Assembly: GCA_024275415.1 (NCBI GenBank)
Contig: JAJRZD010000051.1
Location: 62,074 to 94,073 of the forward strand
Reading direction: 5' to 3'
Length of the DNA: 32,000 bases
Origin: an archaeon
GTDB lineage: Archaea; Asgardarchaeota; Thorarchaeia; Thorarchaeales; Thorarchaeaceae
Under the pieces are notes generated by a model. That model did not search any database. It was not told the origin of the DNA and saw nothing but the letters and a program-made list of their open reading frames with translations. Positions 7,815 to 17,259 of the stretch are shown one piece after another (the first letter of the stretch is position 1; every line of letters starts with the position of its first letter). The translations under genes were made by a program, and so were the position numbers.

Positions 7815-9449
7815 ATGAGTCAACAACCAGTGATAATATTACGAGAGGACACTGAGCGTACGAGAGGCAGAGATGCCCAACGGAATAACATCATGGCTGC
7901 AGTTGTGATTGCTGAAGCTGTCAAGTCGGCATTAGGTCCCAAGGGTATGGACAAGATGCTCGTAGATAGTTTTGGAGACGTCACTGTCAGTAATGATGGT
8001 GCTACCATCCTGAAAGAGATGGACGTAGCCCACCCAGCAGCCAAAATGGTCATTGAGGTTTCAAAGACCCTTGACGCTGAGGTTGGCGATGGAACCACTA
8101 CAGCTGCCGTACTGACTGGTACTCTGTTGAAAGAGGCAGACACTCTACTTGACCAGAAGATCCACCCAACGACTATAATCAGCGGGTACAGGAAAGCAAC
8201 CGAGAAGGCGTTGAAGGTTATTGACGAAGTTGCAGAAGAGGTTGACCCTTCCAGTCCATCCTTCAAGAAGATCCTAACAGATGTGGCAAAAACCTCGATG
8301 TCGAGCAAATTCGTTTCTGGCTCCAAAGACCAGCTGGCAAAATTGGTAGTTGAGGCAGTCTTGTCCGTCGCAAAAGAGAGGACGGGCGATGAAGACATCA
8401 ACATGGACGACATCCCACGCCAGAAGCAGAAGGGCATGCCTGTTACCAGCACAGAACTCGTGAAAGGGATCGTGTTGGACAAAGAGATCGTCCACCCAGG
8501 AATGCCAAAGAAGATCGAGAAGGCAAAGATTGCTCTCCTAGAGGCTCCAATCGAGATTACAAAGACTGAGTTTGATGCAAAGATTGCTATAACCAACCCA
8601 GCAGCTATGCAACAGTTCCTTGATGAGGAAGAAAGGATGCTTAGAAACCTGACTGACAAGATCATCGAGGCTGGTGCCAACGTTGTGATTGCCCAGAAAG
8701 GTATCGATGACGTAGCCCAACACTTCCTTGCAAAGGCCGGCATTCTGGCGGTTCGAAGGATTAAGAAATCCGATATCGAACGCTTGCACAAAGCGACTGG
8801 TGCTACTATCGTGTCCAAGATTCAGAACCTGACCAGCGATGATCTAGGCGAGGCTGCGATTGTCGAGCAGCGGCAGGTCGGAGAGGACAAGATGCTCTTT
8901 GTAGAGGGAACCCCCAAGTCATCTGTTGTCACAATCCTTGTTCGAGGAGGCACTGACCACGTAGTTGATGAGGTAGACCGTGCATTGAACGATGCACTCT
9001 ACGTAGTCAGAGATGTGCTCATCCATCCAGCAATTACCTACGGAGGTGGGTCACTTGCCAGCGTTATCGCGAAGGAACTCAGGGAATATTCGGCAAAACT
9101 TGAGGGACGTGAGCAGTACGCTGTGAACTCCTATGCGGACGCAATAGAAGTGCTACCAGCAACATTGGCAGAGAATGCTGGCTTGGATCCTATCGATATC
9201 CTCGTTGACTTGAGGTCTGCACATGCTGAGGGTAAGGTCACCTATGGAGTAGACATAGGAAAAGGTAAAGTAGGGGACATGAAGAAGGCAAAGGTTGTAG
9301 AATCAGCCCTTGTCAACAAGCAAATCGTCATGTCCGCAGCCGAGGCAGCACAGATGATCCTCAAGATAGATGATGTCATTAGCTCCAAGAGCTCTGGCGG
9401 TCCGGGCGGCGGAATGCCTGGCGGCGATAGTGACTCTGACGACGAATAG
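7815..9449 (+). CDS. ths: Thermosome subunit (group II chaperonin)
   Basis: LGPKGMDKM, VSNDGATILKEM, EVGDGTTT, VKGIVLDKE, ILVRGG, GGGS, LAENAGLDP, ILKIDDVI and a GGMPGG tail. GGAGGA at 7801-7806 precedes ATG 7815. Confidence 0.97.
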   Translation: MSQQPVIILREDTERTRGRDAQRNNIMAAVVIAEAVKSALGPKGMDKMLVDSFGDVTVSNDGATILKEMDVAHPAAKMVIEVSKTLDAEVGDGTTTAAVLTGTLLKEADTLLDQKIHPTTIISGYRKATEKALKVIDEVAEEVDPSSPSFKKILTDVAKTSMSSKFVSGSKDQLAKLVVEAVLSVAKERTGDEDINMDDIPRQKQKGMPVTSTELVKGIVLDKEIVHPGMPKKIEKAKIALLEAPIEITKTEFDAKIAITNPAAMQQFLDEEERMLRNLTDKIIEAGANVVIAQKGIDDVAQHFLAKAGILAVRRIKKSDIERLHKATGATIVSKIQNLTSDDLGEAAIVEQRQVGEDKMLFVEGTPKSSVVTILVRGGTDHVVDEVDRALNDALYVVRDVLIHPAITYGGGSLASVIAKELREYSAKLEGREQYAVNSYADAIEVLPATLAENAGLDPIDILVDLRSAHAEGKVTYGVDIGKGKVGDMKKAKVVESALVNKQIVMSAAEAAQMILKIDDVISSKSSGGPGGGMPGGDSDSDDE

Positions 9450-9485
9450 AAAGAGTCAAACGTGCTTGAGTAGGTGGACGAACTC

Positions 9486-10166
9486 ATGTCTGAAGACCCC
9501 GAAATCAAACAACCAACTGAAGAGGAAGAAACCCCGGATACACTAACGCCAGCAGAGCTGGTAAACATTCTGACGAACATCCAGGGTGTTGGTCCTAAGA
9601 ACGCTGAGAAGTTAGTAGAGCAAGGATACGATTCCATAAGCAAGGTCGCAGAGGCTGACCCTGAGGAATTAGCTACTGCGATCTCTGGATTCAGCGTGTC
9701 CAAGGCAGAAGGGATTATCGAGAAAGCAAATGCCCTTCTAGAGCTCATCAAAAGTGGGGTCGTCGATGTTACGGGGAAGGTCAAGAAGACAAAGAGAAAG
9801 AAGGCTCCTGAACCAGACCCGGTAGTACACGAGTTGCCACCTGGAGAAGATATCAAGGCAGTGATGGAGAGAGATTCACTTCTGACCGGTCGTGAGCAAG
9901 AAAACGTCGAGATAGGAATCCCTACAGGTCAGAAATGGCTGAGCAAATTCGAAAAGGCAAGAATCATTGGTGCTCGGGCACTTCAGATCTCGATGGGTGC
10001 CCCCATTCTCGTAAACGCCTCGAAAGCTCCATCGGGGCTCTTCGAAATTGCAGAGATGGAGCTTCGCTCGGGGGTACTTCCCATGACGATCAGAAGAACT
10101 CTCCCCACTGGCAAATACTACGACATCCCTCTATCAGTTCTATTGAAGCACACGCGACTGGACTGA
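9486..10166 (+). CDS. rpo6: RNA polymerase subunit Rpo6 (RpoK/RPB6) with an N-terminal tandem helix-hairpin-helix domain and Lys-rich linker
   Basis: C-terminal LSKFEKARIIGARALQISMGAP...IAEMEL...LPMTIRRTLPTG is Rpo6/RPB6. N-terminal LTNIQGVGPKNAEKLVEQGYDSISKVAEADPEELA...ISGFSVSKAEGIIE is an (HhH)2 module. AGGTGG lies upstream of ATG 9486; GTG 9474 is an alternative start. Confidence 0.9.
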   Translation: MSEDPEIKQPTEEEETPDTLTPAELVNILTNIQGVGPKNAEKLVEQGYDSISKVAEADPEELATAISGFSVSKAEGIIEKANALLELIKSGVVDVTGKVKKTKRKKAPEPDPVVHELPPGEDIKAVMERDSLLTGREQENVEIGIPTGQKWLSKFEKARIIGARALQISMGAPILVNASKAPSGLFEIAEMELRSGVLPMTIRRTLPTGKYYDIPLSVLLKHTRLD

Positions 10167-10195
10167 GCTAGTCCAGTCATCCCTCTTTCTTTTCG
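10156..10195 (+). terminator. Hairpin spanning the rpo6 stop codon, followed by a pyrimidine tract
   Basis: gactggact-gagct-agtccagtc (9-bp perfect stem, 10156-10178) then atccctctttcttttc. Confidence 0.6.
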
Positions 10196-10254
10196 TCATA
10201 GCACGCCTTAAATATCGAATATTTCCTCTGTTCTGGTCTGGATAGTGAGATTAG

Positions 10255-11598
10255 TTGCAAAGTGGACTAGAATTACTCAGCGCTGATTTGATCCTCAGAC
10301 TGGCTGTTGGCTTCTCAGTCGGAGGGCTCATTGGTCTAGAAAGGCAGAAGAAGCAGGAACACGACAGGACAATTGGGGTACGCTCTTTTGGACTGCACAG
10401 CCTTCTCGGAACCCTGGCCGCATATTCATTCCATGTTTCTGGGAATCCGATAGTCCTAATCTATGCAACAGCCATCTCAATCATGATAGTCGGCGTATAT
10501 CTCTATCAAAAGATCATCCGGTCTATGCGAAAGGGAATGACCACATCCATTGTGTTTGCGATGTCATACGTCCGTGGGACATTGGTAGGTATCGATATGC
10601 CTCCCGAGGGCCAACTCCTAGGAACCCTTCAGATTCTCGCAATGACAGTTTCATTCATGGTCTTTCTTGTCCTTGGGTTCAAGCAGGAGCTCTCCACCGC
10701 ACTTGCAGGTGTTACTCATGATGAAATGATTAGCGCTGCTGAGCTAGGTGTGGTGATACTGTTCTTCTGGCCCCTTATCCCACAGACGGTGCCAGCTCCC
10801 GGGTTGCCGAATGGATTCCCGATTTTCACCACTTATCTCCTAGTGGTCATCCTGCTATCAATCAGCTTCGTGAACTATATCTTGGTCAAGAAATACAAAG
10901 ACCGAGGCGAATATTTCTTTGGCTTCTTCGGAGGGTTTGCTAACAGCGAGGCAACAGTCACAAGCCTGACAGAGAACTACGTGAAAACCGAAAGGAAAAA
11001 GGTCGGTCTCACATCAGTATCGACAATCTTTGCAAATCTGGCAATGGTGATCCGTAACGGAGTGTTGGTCATCATCCTCGACCCTACATTGAGCATATTC
11101 AGATACTACCTCATCCCCTTTGGGATACTCTTTGTCGTAGGTGTATTCCGGTTCATCTACGAGCACAGGAATAGAGATGTGGATAGGAAACAGGAGCTGG
11201 ATGCCAAGCTCGTTTCGCCTTTCGAGTTCGGTGCAGCACTACGGTTTGCGCTGGTCTTCGGTGCGATCCTCTATGTTTCCTTGGTGGCACAGGAACTGGC
11301 AAGCGATGTCGGGTTCCTTGCTGCCGCGACTATCGGTGGGCTCGTAAATGCTGGCGCCGTGGTCACGACAGCTGCGATAGCATACAATCAGGGAGCTGGA
11401 AGCATATCATTGGTCACTGCTGCGTATGCTGTAATCATCGCCACCACAATGGCTGTCATGAACAAGATCATCTTCGTGTATCAAGCAGACAGGGATACCA
11501 AACTAGTGAAAGTGATTGCCCGTGATGCCCTGCTCATGGCTTCGGGAGTCATCATTTACCTCCTGCTCATCTTCACTGGAGCTATTCAAGGAATCTGA
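10255..11598 (+). CDS. MgtC/SapB-family membrane protein with DUF4010 domain
   Basis: GGLIGLERQ, IGVRSFGL, ISAAELGVVIL, LSISFVNYI, GFFGGFANSEATV, SPFEFGAALRFA and many transmembrane helices. TTG start. Confidence 0.85.
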   Translation: MQSGLELLSADLILRLAVGFSVGGLIGLERQKKQEHDRTIGVRSFGLHSLLGTLAAYSFHVSGNPIVLIYATAISIMIVGVYLYQKIIRSMRKGMTTSIVFAMSYVRGTLVGIDMPPEGQLLGTLQILAMTVSFMVFLVLGFKQELSTALAGVTHDEMISAAELGVVILFFWPLIPQTVPAPGLPNGFPIFTTYLLVVILLSISFVNYILVKKYKDRGEYFFGFFGGFANSEATVTSLTENYVKTERKKVGLTSVSTIFANLAMVIRNGVLVIILDPTLSIFRYYLIPFGILFVVGVFRFIYEHRNRDVDRKQELDAKLVSPFEFGAALRFALVFGAILYVSLVAQELASDVGFLAAATIGGLVNAGAVVTTAAIAYNQGAGSISLVTAAYAVIIATTMAVMNKIIFVYQADRDTKLVKVIARDALLMASGVIIYLLLIFTGAIQGI

Positions 11599-11770
11599 GG
11601 TAGGAAAAAGCCCATCTCAGTTGCCATGAAAACACTTAAAGAACGAATATAGCGAGGGACATATGGTGACGAAATATGAAAGATGGTGGACTCGTTCATC
11701 TACTTTTTGGATAATCTTGCAGAAGACGCCATCATAGCCGTTACTGTCGAATCGTATGGAGGATTCAGAT

Positions 11771-13090
11771 ATGGTTGATATGAGAACAGTCAGGGGTATG
11801 AGAGACCTCATGGGAGATGAGATGAGAGCGAGGAATTTTCTCGTCAGTCAGGCAACGCGAGTTTTCGAGTCCTTCGGATATGAGCCGTTGGATTCGCCAG
11901 TAATGGAGCTATGGGAAACTCTCTCTGCCAAAGGTGGAGAGGACGTCGAGGCTGAAACATTCAAATTCACTGACAAGGGAGCGCGCGAGGTCGGGCTGAG
12001 GTTCGACCTCACAGTACCGCTTGCTCGGATTGTCGCATCGAACCCCCATCTACGAAAGCCCTTCAAGAGATACGCCATTGGAAAGGCGTGGAGATATGAT
12101 AGGCCTCAAGCAGGGAGATACCGCGAGTTCATGCAGGCAGATGTTGACATCATCGGAGCTGCTAGTCCTGTCGCGGATGCAGAGGTCGTATTGGTGGCTT
12201 TGGAATTTCTTAGTCGAACACTGAAAGAGAAGTACATTATCAAAATCAATAACCGGAAAGTATTGAAGGGGCTGACAGAAGTGGCTGGCGTCGAGGACAG
12301 TCTTGCTCACGAATGCTTCCGATCCATTGACAAGCTTGATAAGATCGGGAAAGATGGCGTGCTAGAGGAACTAGCATCGAGGGGGATTCCGAAGGACGCC
12401 ACTCAGACCCTGCTAGATGCGCTGGACATCGGTGGCTCGGGTAATAACGCCCTTGAGGAATTCGCAGAACTTCTTGCCAATTCAGAGGTAGGGAAAGAGG
12501 GGGTCGGGGAGCTGAAGGTCATGTCCGATGTGTTCGAGGAGGTAGGGGTGTCTGACCTGATTCGGTTCGAGATGTCGCTCGCGCGTGGTTTGGACTATTA
12601 CACTGGTCCTGTGTTCGAGGGGCGGTTTTTGGGAAAGCCTAAGGTCGGCTCAATCTTAGGAGGAGGACGATATGACCACCTGATAGAGAAGTTCTGTGGC
12701 ACACCTACCCCAGCCACGGGAATCTCATTGGGGATAGACCGCATTATCGATATCATCATTGCAAAAGGACTCCCAGATAAGCTCAGCAAGGGGTTGGATG
12801 TGTTCATCGCTCCATTGAGAAAGAACCTTGCAAGCAAAGGCATGAAGGTAGCAATCCAGCTTATCAAGGAAGGAATGAGCGTAGAGGTCGGTCTATTAGG
12901 TAGGTCTCTAGGGAAGCTCCTTGAATATGCGGAATCGAAAGGCGCAAGGTACACAATCATTATCGGGCCCAAAGACATTGAGAAGAATTCTGTGAGTGTA
13001 CGAGATATGAAAGAGAAAGACACCCGTCAGGTTGGCATCGATGAGGTTGTCGGGTTCTTCAAGAACACTGAAGATAAACTAGAATGGTGA
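11771..13090 (+). CDS. hisS: Histidine--tRNA ligase
   Basis: TVRGMRD, LRFDLTVPLAR, motif 2 WRYDRPQAGRYREFMQADVD, LARGLDYYTG, GGGRYD, motif 3 GISLGIDRI and an anticodon-binding C-terminus. GGAGG precedes ATG 11771; 11756 is an alternative start. Confidence 0.97.
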   Translation: MVDMRTVRGMRDLMGDEMRARNFLVSQATRVFESFGYEPLDSPVMELWETLSAKGGEDVEAETFKFTDKGAREVGLRFDLTVPLARIVASNPHLRKPFKRYAIGKAWRYDRPQAGRYREFMQADVDIIGAASPVADAEVVLVALEFLSRTLKEKYIIKINNRKVLKGLTEVAGVEDSLAHECFRSIDKLDKIGKDGVLEELASRGIPKDATQTLLDALDIGGSGNNALEEFAELLANSEVGKEGVGELKVMSDVFEEVGVSDLIRFEMSLARGLDYYTGPVFEGRFLGKPKVGSILGGGRYDHLIEKFCGTPTPATGISLGIDRIIDIIIAKGLPDKLSKGLDVFIAPLRKNLASKGMKVAIQLIKEGMSVEVGLLGRSLGKLLEYAESKGARYTIIIGPKDIEKNSVSVRDMKEKDTRQVGIDEVVGFFKNTEDKLEW

Positions 13091-13147
13091 GAGCAAGAAA
13101 AAGAAACCCTTTTCTCACACAATGCCGATAGTGAAACGGAGATAGAG

Positions 13148-13987
13148 ATGACAAGACTTCCTGTAGTTGCGGGTCGCTTCTATGAAGGGACAGAAGAATC
13201 ACTTCGCAAACGGATTACGGAATGCTTTCTTGGTCAGCTGGGCCCAGGAAGGTTGCCCGAGGGAGAACCAAGTTCTGTGCGTAGAATCAAGGCTTTGATA
13301 GCACCTCACGCTGGATACGTCTATTCAGGAATGCCCGCGGCGCATAGTTACTTGGAATTGTTCGAGGATGGCAAGCCTGAACACATAGTCATCATCGGCC
13401 CCAATCACACCGGAGTTGGAGCACCAGTCGCAGTATGCAATGACGACTGGGAAACACCACTGGGCTTGGCTAGGTTCGACGCTGGGCTTGGACACTTGAT
13501 TGTTGAGAACAACGAGTATGCCACAAACGATTGCATCGCTCATAGCTCTGAGCATTCCATAGAGGTGCAGATTCCTTTCCTGCAATTCGTCTTTGGTGAG
13601 GGTGTCAGTTTCGTTCCCATCTGCCTTGGCGACTACCGGTATGAAGTGGTAGAGTCACTTGGGAAGACCATAGCGGATCTGGCGAAAGATATGGACATAC
13701 TGGTCATTGCAAGCTCTGACTTCACTCATTTCGAAAGCGCCCAGAGTGCCAAGATGAAGGACAATCAGGCAATGGAGTACTTGGAGTATCTGGATCCAAA
13801 AGGGTTCCTAGAATTCGTGAAGCGTCACAAGGTCAGTATCTGTGGCGCGGGACCGATAGCTGTTTCCCTTGTGTTTGCTAGGGAGCTTGGAGCAACGAAC
13901 TTCAGACTTGTCAAATATACTACTTCTGGGGATGTCACTGGGGACAATAACAGCGTGGTCGCGTACGTATCCGCAAAGTTCGTTTGA
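13148..13987 (+). CDS. MEMO1-family protein (AmmeMemoRadiSam protein B)
   Basis: RLPVVAGRFY, IAPHAGYVYSG, GPNHTG, EHSIEVQIPFLQ, ASSDFTH, SICGAGPI and VVAYVS. Confidence 0.93.
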   Translation: MTRLPVVAGRFYEGTEESLRKRITECFLGQLGPGRLPEGEPSSVRRIKALIAPHAGYVYSGMPAAHSYLELFEDGKPEHIVIIGPNHTGVGAPVAVCNDDWETPLGLARFDAGLGHLIVENNEYATNDCIAHSSEHSIEVQIPFLQFVFGEGVSFVPICLGDYRYEVVESLGKTIADLAKDMDILVIASSDFTHFESAQSAKMKDNQAMEYLEYLDPKGFLEFVKRHKVSICGAGPIAVSLVFARELGATNFRLVKYTTSGDVTGDNNSVVAYVSAKFV

Positions 13988-14030
13988 AACAAAGACTGAC
14001 ATTCCGGAGCCAGCACTAATCTAAGACACG

Positions 14031-15296
14031 TTAGCTCAGCGGTTGTGTTTCTACTGGCATGTGCCTTTGCACTGTCCGAGGCAATCCGATGGCAGCCGTG
14101 ACTCCACCGGCTACTGAAACGACAACTGCAACTGCTAGGGATGATGCAGCATTGCCAGTTGTATCGAATAGCACCCCTCCCAACAATGGGCCGACCACAT
14201 AGGCACTGTTGCTTACTGCGCCCATGACACCCATTATGCTCCCGTAAGATTGCACATCTGTCAGATCAGCAGTAAGTGCTTGGATTGTCGGGCCTCTCAT
14301 GGAGATGGCAATACCAAGCACGGCACCGCCGAGGTAGAAGCCCACAACGTCTGTGGCAATCATAAATAGATACAACGATAATGCACCAATGAAAGACCCC
14401 ATGACGATGAGCCACTTCCGGCCTAGTTTGTCGGACATCTTCCCGAATATGATATTACCAATGATGGTGATGACACCCAGCACGCCGAAGAATATCCCGA
14501 TCTCCAAAGGGGAAATCCCATAGATAATCACAATCTCAAGCGTGAAAGCGACTTCTAGGATTCCAAGAGCGAACATGTTTGCGAACATCGCGACACCTAA
14601 GGTCGAGTACGCTTTCGGGTTCCGCCTGAGAATGTCGATCACGGGAGGACGCGTGGCAGTCGCTCTCGTGCCTTCGGGTGTAGGTCTATCAGGTTCCTTG
14701 ACAAAGACAACAATTGCAAGAAAGGTGACTAAAGAGCCGATTGCAGCGATGATGAAAGGTAAGCGTATTCCGAGGAACTGGGCAAGAATTCCCCCAATTG
14801 TAGGACCGATTACGAAACCAAGCATATTGCCCATACTGATGTAGCCCATGGCAGTTCCCCTATTCTTTGGTGTTGTCATATCTGAAACATATGCGTTGGC
14901 AGAGGGGTAGAACCCAGCAGATATTGCGCCTTCAATGGTACGGGCAAGGATCATCACTACGATATTCTGCGCGAAGGCATAGACCACATTAGCCAGTGCG
15001 AAGCCGACCATCGAGAACATCAGGATTGGTCTGCGCCCAGTCTTGTCGGAAAGGCGACCCATAGGACCAGCAAGCACGATGCGGGTCAATGCAAAGGAGG
15101 CTGCAAGAATCCCAAGATCCAAGGCACTAGCACCAAGATTGACAACATAATAGGGGAAGATGGGTGTGACTATCCCAAAGCCAATTTGAAGGATAGTCAG
15201 AGAAATTGCCAGAGTAATGACCTGTCGCATTCCTTTTTCTGAGACTGAGGTATCACGAAACTCCAAGAAATCATCAGTTCCAGAGGTCTGTTCCAT
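14031..15296 (-). CDS. MFS transporter (DHA1/TetA-like)
   Basis: 12-helix pattern, motif A GRLSDKTGRR and its repeat GKMSDKLGRK, LARTIEG, RGTAMG and GPTIGG. Confidence 0.92.
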   Translation of the reverse strand: MEQTSGTDDFLEFRDTSVSEKGMRQVITLAISLTILQIGFGIVTPIFPYYVVNLGASALDLGILAASFALTRIVLAGPMGRLSDKTGRRPILMFSMVGFALANVVYAFAQNIVVMILARTIEGAISAGFYPSANAYVSDMTTPKNRGTAMGYISMGNMLGFVIGPTIGGILAQFLGIRLPFIIAAIGSLVTFLAIVVFVKEPDRPTPEGTRATATRPPVIDILRRNPKAYSTLGVAMFANMFALGILEVAFTLEIVIIYGISPLEIGIFFGVLGVITIIGNIIFGKMSDKLGRKWLIVMGSFIGALSLYLFMIATDVVGFYLGGAVLGIAISMRGPTIQALTADLTDVQSYGSIMGVMGAVSNSAYVVGPLLGGVLFDTTGNAASSLAVAVVVSVAGGVTAAIGLPRTVQRHMPVETQPLS

Positions 15297-15358
15297 CTTA
15301 CGTTACGCCCTGACCACCGCAATGATGTGGGCGCTTTTTCAGTCTTACTAGGAGGAAT

Positions 15359-15883
15359 TCACTTGTCTATGATGACCCTGCTGACACCTCGAATCGCAGT
15401 CAGAGTTTCAATTACTCTGCCAGGAAGCGGTTCGTGAGTTATGACCTTCATGCAAGGCTCCTCGTAGATTGCAACATCTTCTGCAAGGACTTGCCTGATT
15501 GCGATGCCGTGTCCAGCAATGCTAGAGGTAACCTCAGACAGTATCCCAGGGGTTTCGGGGGACTCGACATAGATGGTAACGACACCATAACCGAGATAGC
15601 GGCTTGCCTTCTCCAATGACGGACCGGCTGGAAGCAGCGACGAGAAGAAATTGTAGAGTTCAGGAATCTGACATATGTCCTCGGTGGTCGCCCTCACCGT
15701 TCTTCTATCGAACCCAAGTGCGTCACCAATCGACTTGAGAGGGACACGTATACGTCCGCATTTCACAATACCTGGGCCTTCGACTTTGAACCCATGCCTG
15801 ACGATGGCCTGAGCGACAGCAAGTCTACTTGGCGAATCCTTGAAGTGATCCACAATCTTCCGCCACACACTAACCGCATCCAT
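15359..15883 (-). CDS. Archaeal HTH plus ACT-domain regulator of amino-acid metabolism (COG2150-like)
   Basis: N-terminal VAQAIVRHGFKV and helix-turn-helix-like KSIGDALGFDRRTV. C-terminal ACT fold PGILSEVTSSIAGHGIAIRQV. Confidence 0.8.
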   Translation of the reverse strand: MDAVSVWRKIVDHFKDSPSRLAVAQAIVRHGFKVEGPGIVKCGRIRVPLKSIGDALGFDRRTVRATTEDICQIPELYNFFSSLLPAGPSLEKASRYLGYGVVTIYVESPETPGILSEVTSSIAGHGIAIRQVLAEDVAIYEEPCMKVITHEPLPGRVIETLTAIRGVSRVIIDK

Positions 15884-16419
15884 TAGACTATGAGCTTCTC
15901 CATAAGAACCTCATTGATATATCCCTTTGGCATAAGAAAATGTTTCTCCCTCATGCCAACTATATGATATCCAAGCGATTCATACAATCCTAGAGCAACA
16001 TTGTTGGATTCAAAAGTGCTGAGGACAATCTTCTCATATCGTTGTATTCGTCCAGCTTCCTCAACTGCGAGCATCAACGCCCTTCCGACACCTTTGCTTC
16101 TGTAGTGCTTTCTAACGATAATGCCTAAACGTGCAACGTGTTTTGATGCATGCCACTCCTCAGGTTGGAGGCTGACATGTCCGGCATACTCGCCCTCGAC
16201 TCTGGCAACGAGCAACACTTCGCGGTTCGAATAGGTTCGCTGAATCCAGCGTGCCCACTCGCTTTGATTGGAACTCGGCTTTGTTGTGGGTAGCCACTTT
16301 CCTTCCTGTACGACCTCACAGAAGCAATGGAACATCTCTGATGCGTCCGCAACCTTAGCATGTCGAACCACGACAGACTTCTGATCCTTTGTCAAGAAGA
16401 CCCATTCATCCACACTCAT
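15883..16419 (-). CDS. GNAT-family N-acetyltransferase
   Basis: VVVRHAKVAD, LGIIVRKHYRSKGVGRALM, LSTFESNNVALGLYESLGY. Overlaps the ACT gene by 1 nt (TAATG). Confidence 0.9.
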   Translation of the reverse strand: MSVDEWVFLTKDQKSVVVRHAKVADASEMFHCFCEVVQEGKWLPTTKPSSNQSEWARWIQRTYSNREVLLVARVEGEYAGHVSLQPEEWHASKHVARLGIIVRKHYRSKGVGRALMLAVEEAGRIQRYEKIVLSTFESNNVALGLYESLGYHIVGMREKHFLMPKGYINEVLMEKLIV

Positions 16420-16434
16420 TCCCCCAATGAAAGG

Positions 16435-17259
16435 TCAGTTGGAACTCGTAAGAGGGATATCTATTCGAGCCCCGGGCCTCGGGAGCGAGCAGACATAGAC
16501 ACGATCGACCTCAACCATGGCAGTATTCTCGTCCAGTTCCCTGAATGTACCTTTCATCTGGAAGACGGCAGGTTCAAGGGTGACAAGTGAAACCGCTACC
16601 CTTTGACCATCGGAGATGTTGTACCCTCTTTTCTGCTCTTGAGTCCGTTTCATGACAATGCGATTCGAATGTACAGGAAGCATCCCGAACTCTGGAAACC
16701 CTACTGGATAGCCATCTTCGTCAATGAATGAGAGTATCTTTACCGCAGCAAGCTCACGAAACCGCTTAATGATTGGAAATGACATGTTGCCCTCACGAGT
16801 TTCGACATGGGGTACTTTCTTGGCGGCCATCTTTGCCTTGACAAAGCTGGACAATACGCTTATCTTAGAGATAAGGTGTTTCGCACTCACGGAAACAGGA
16901 TTTGCTAGGCCAGCAGCCCGTGCATTAGTGTACTGACTGTACCTAAACAAGGGCGTCATGGCCATGAACTCAAAGACATCATCGTTCCGATGGTATGACT
17001 CGAATTCGGCCTTTATCAACCAGCTCTCAAGATCCATCGTGAGCACAAGAATCGACATCTCACGGTTCCCGTCAAGAAGGTTAAGTCTAGACTTGTAGGT
17101 CATGAAATCGCCATATACAAGCTGGGACTTGTTGTAGACAGTCCATGACATCACTAGAGCACTGTTTGGCTCATTGTTCTTGTCCTTCGTGAACATGAAC
17201 TTCGGGGTTTCAAATACACACATTGCATCTACCAAATCGGATGGTAATAGTCTATCCAC
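16435..17259 (-). CDS. Tandem pyridoxamine-5'-phosphate-oxidase-like (split-barrel, FMN-binding-type) protein
   Basis: Two related halves: PKFMFTKDKNNEPNSA...KSRLNL...MSILV and VKILSFIDEDGYPVG...RVAVSLV...FQMKG. GTG start overlaps the activase stop, with GAGGTGA upstream. Confidence 0.7.
   Translation of the reverse strand: MDRLLPSDLVDAMCVFETPKFMFTKDKNNEPNSALVMSWTVYNKSQLVYGDFMTYKSRLNLLDGNREMSILVLTMDLESWLIKAEFESYHRNDDVFEFMAMTPLFRYSQYTNARAAGLANPVSVSAKHLISKISVLSSFVKAKMAAKKVPHVETREGNMSFPIIKRFRELAAVKILSFIDEDGYPVGFPEFGMLPVHSNRIVMKRTQEQKRGYNISDGQRVAVSLVTLEPAVFQMKGTFRELDENTAMVEVDRVYVCSLPRPGARIDIPLTSSN

Noticed and set aside
7820-8818. 332-aa antisense ORF (also 9242..9856 and other antisense ORFs over hisS, the GRE, the MFS and thiBPQ)
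   Set aside because: Shadow ORFs opposite well-supported genes, with Ser/Thr-rich non-globular composition and no motifs.
11599-11770. Small ORFs or a leader peptide before hisS (e.g. MVDSFIYFLDNLAEDAIIAVTVESYGGFRYG)
   Set aside because: No His-codon run or attenuator structure, no recognisable family, and only about 30 codons.
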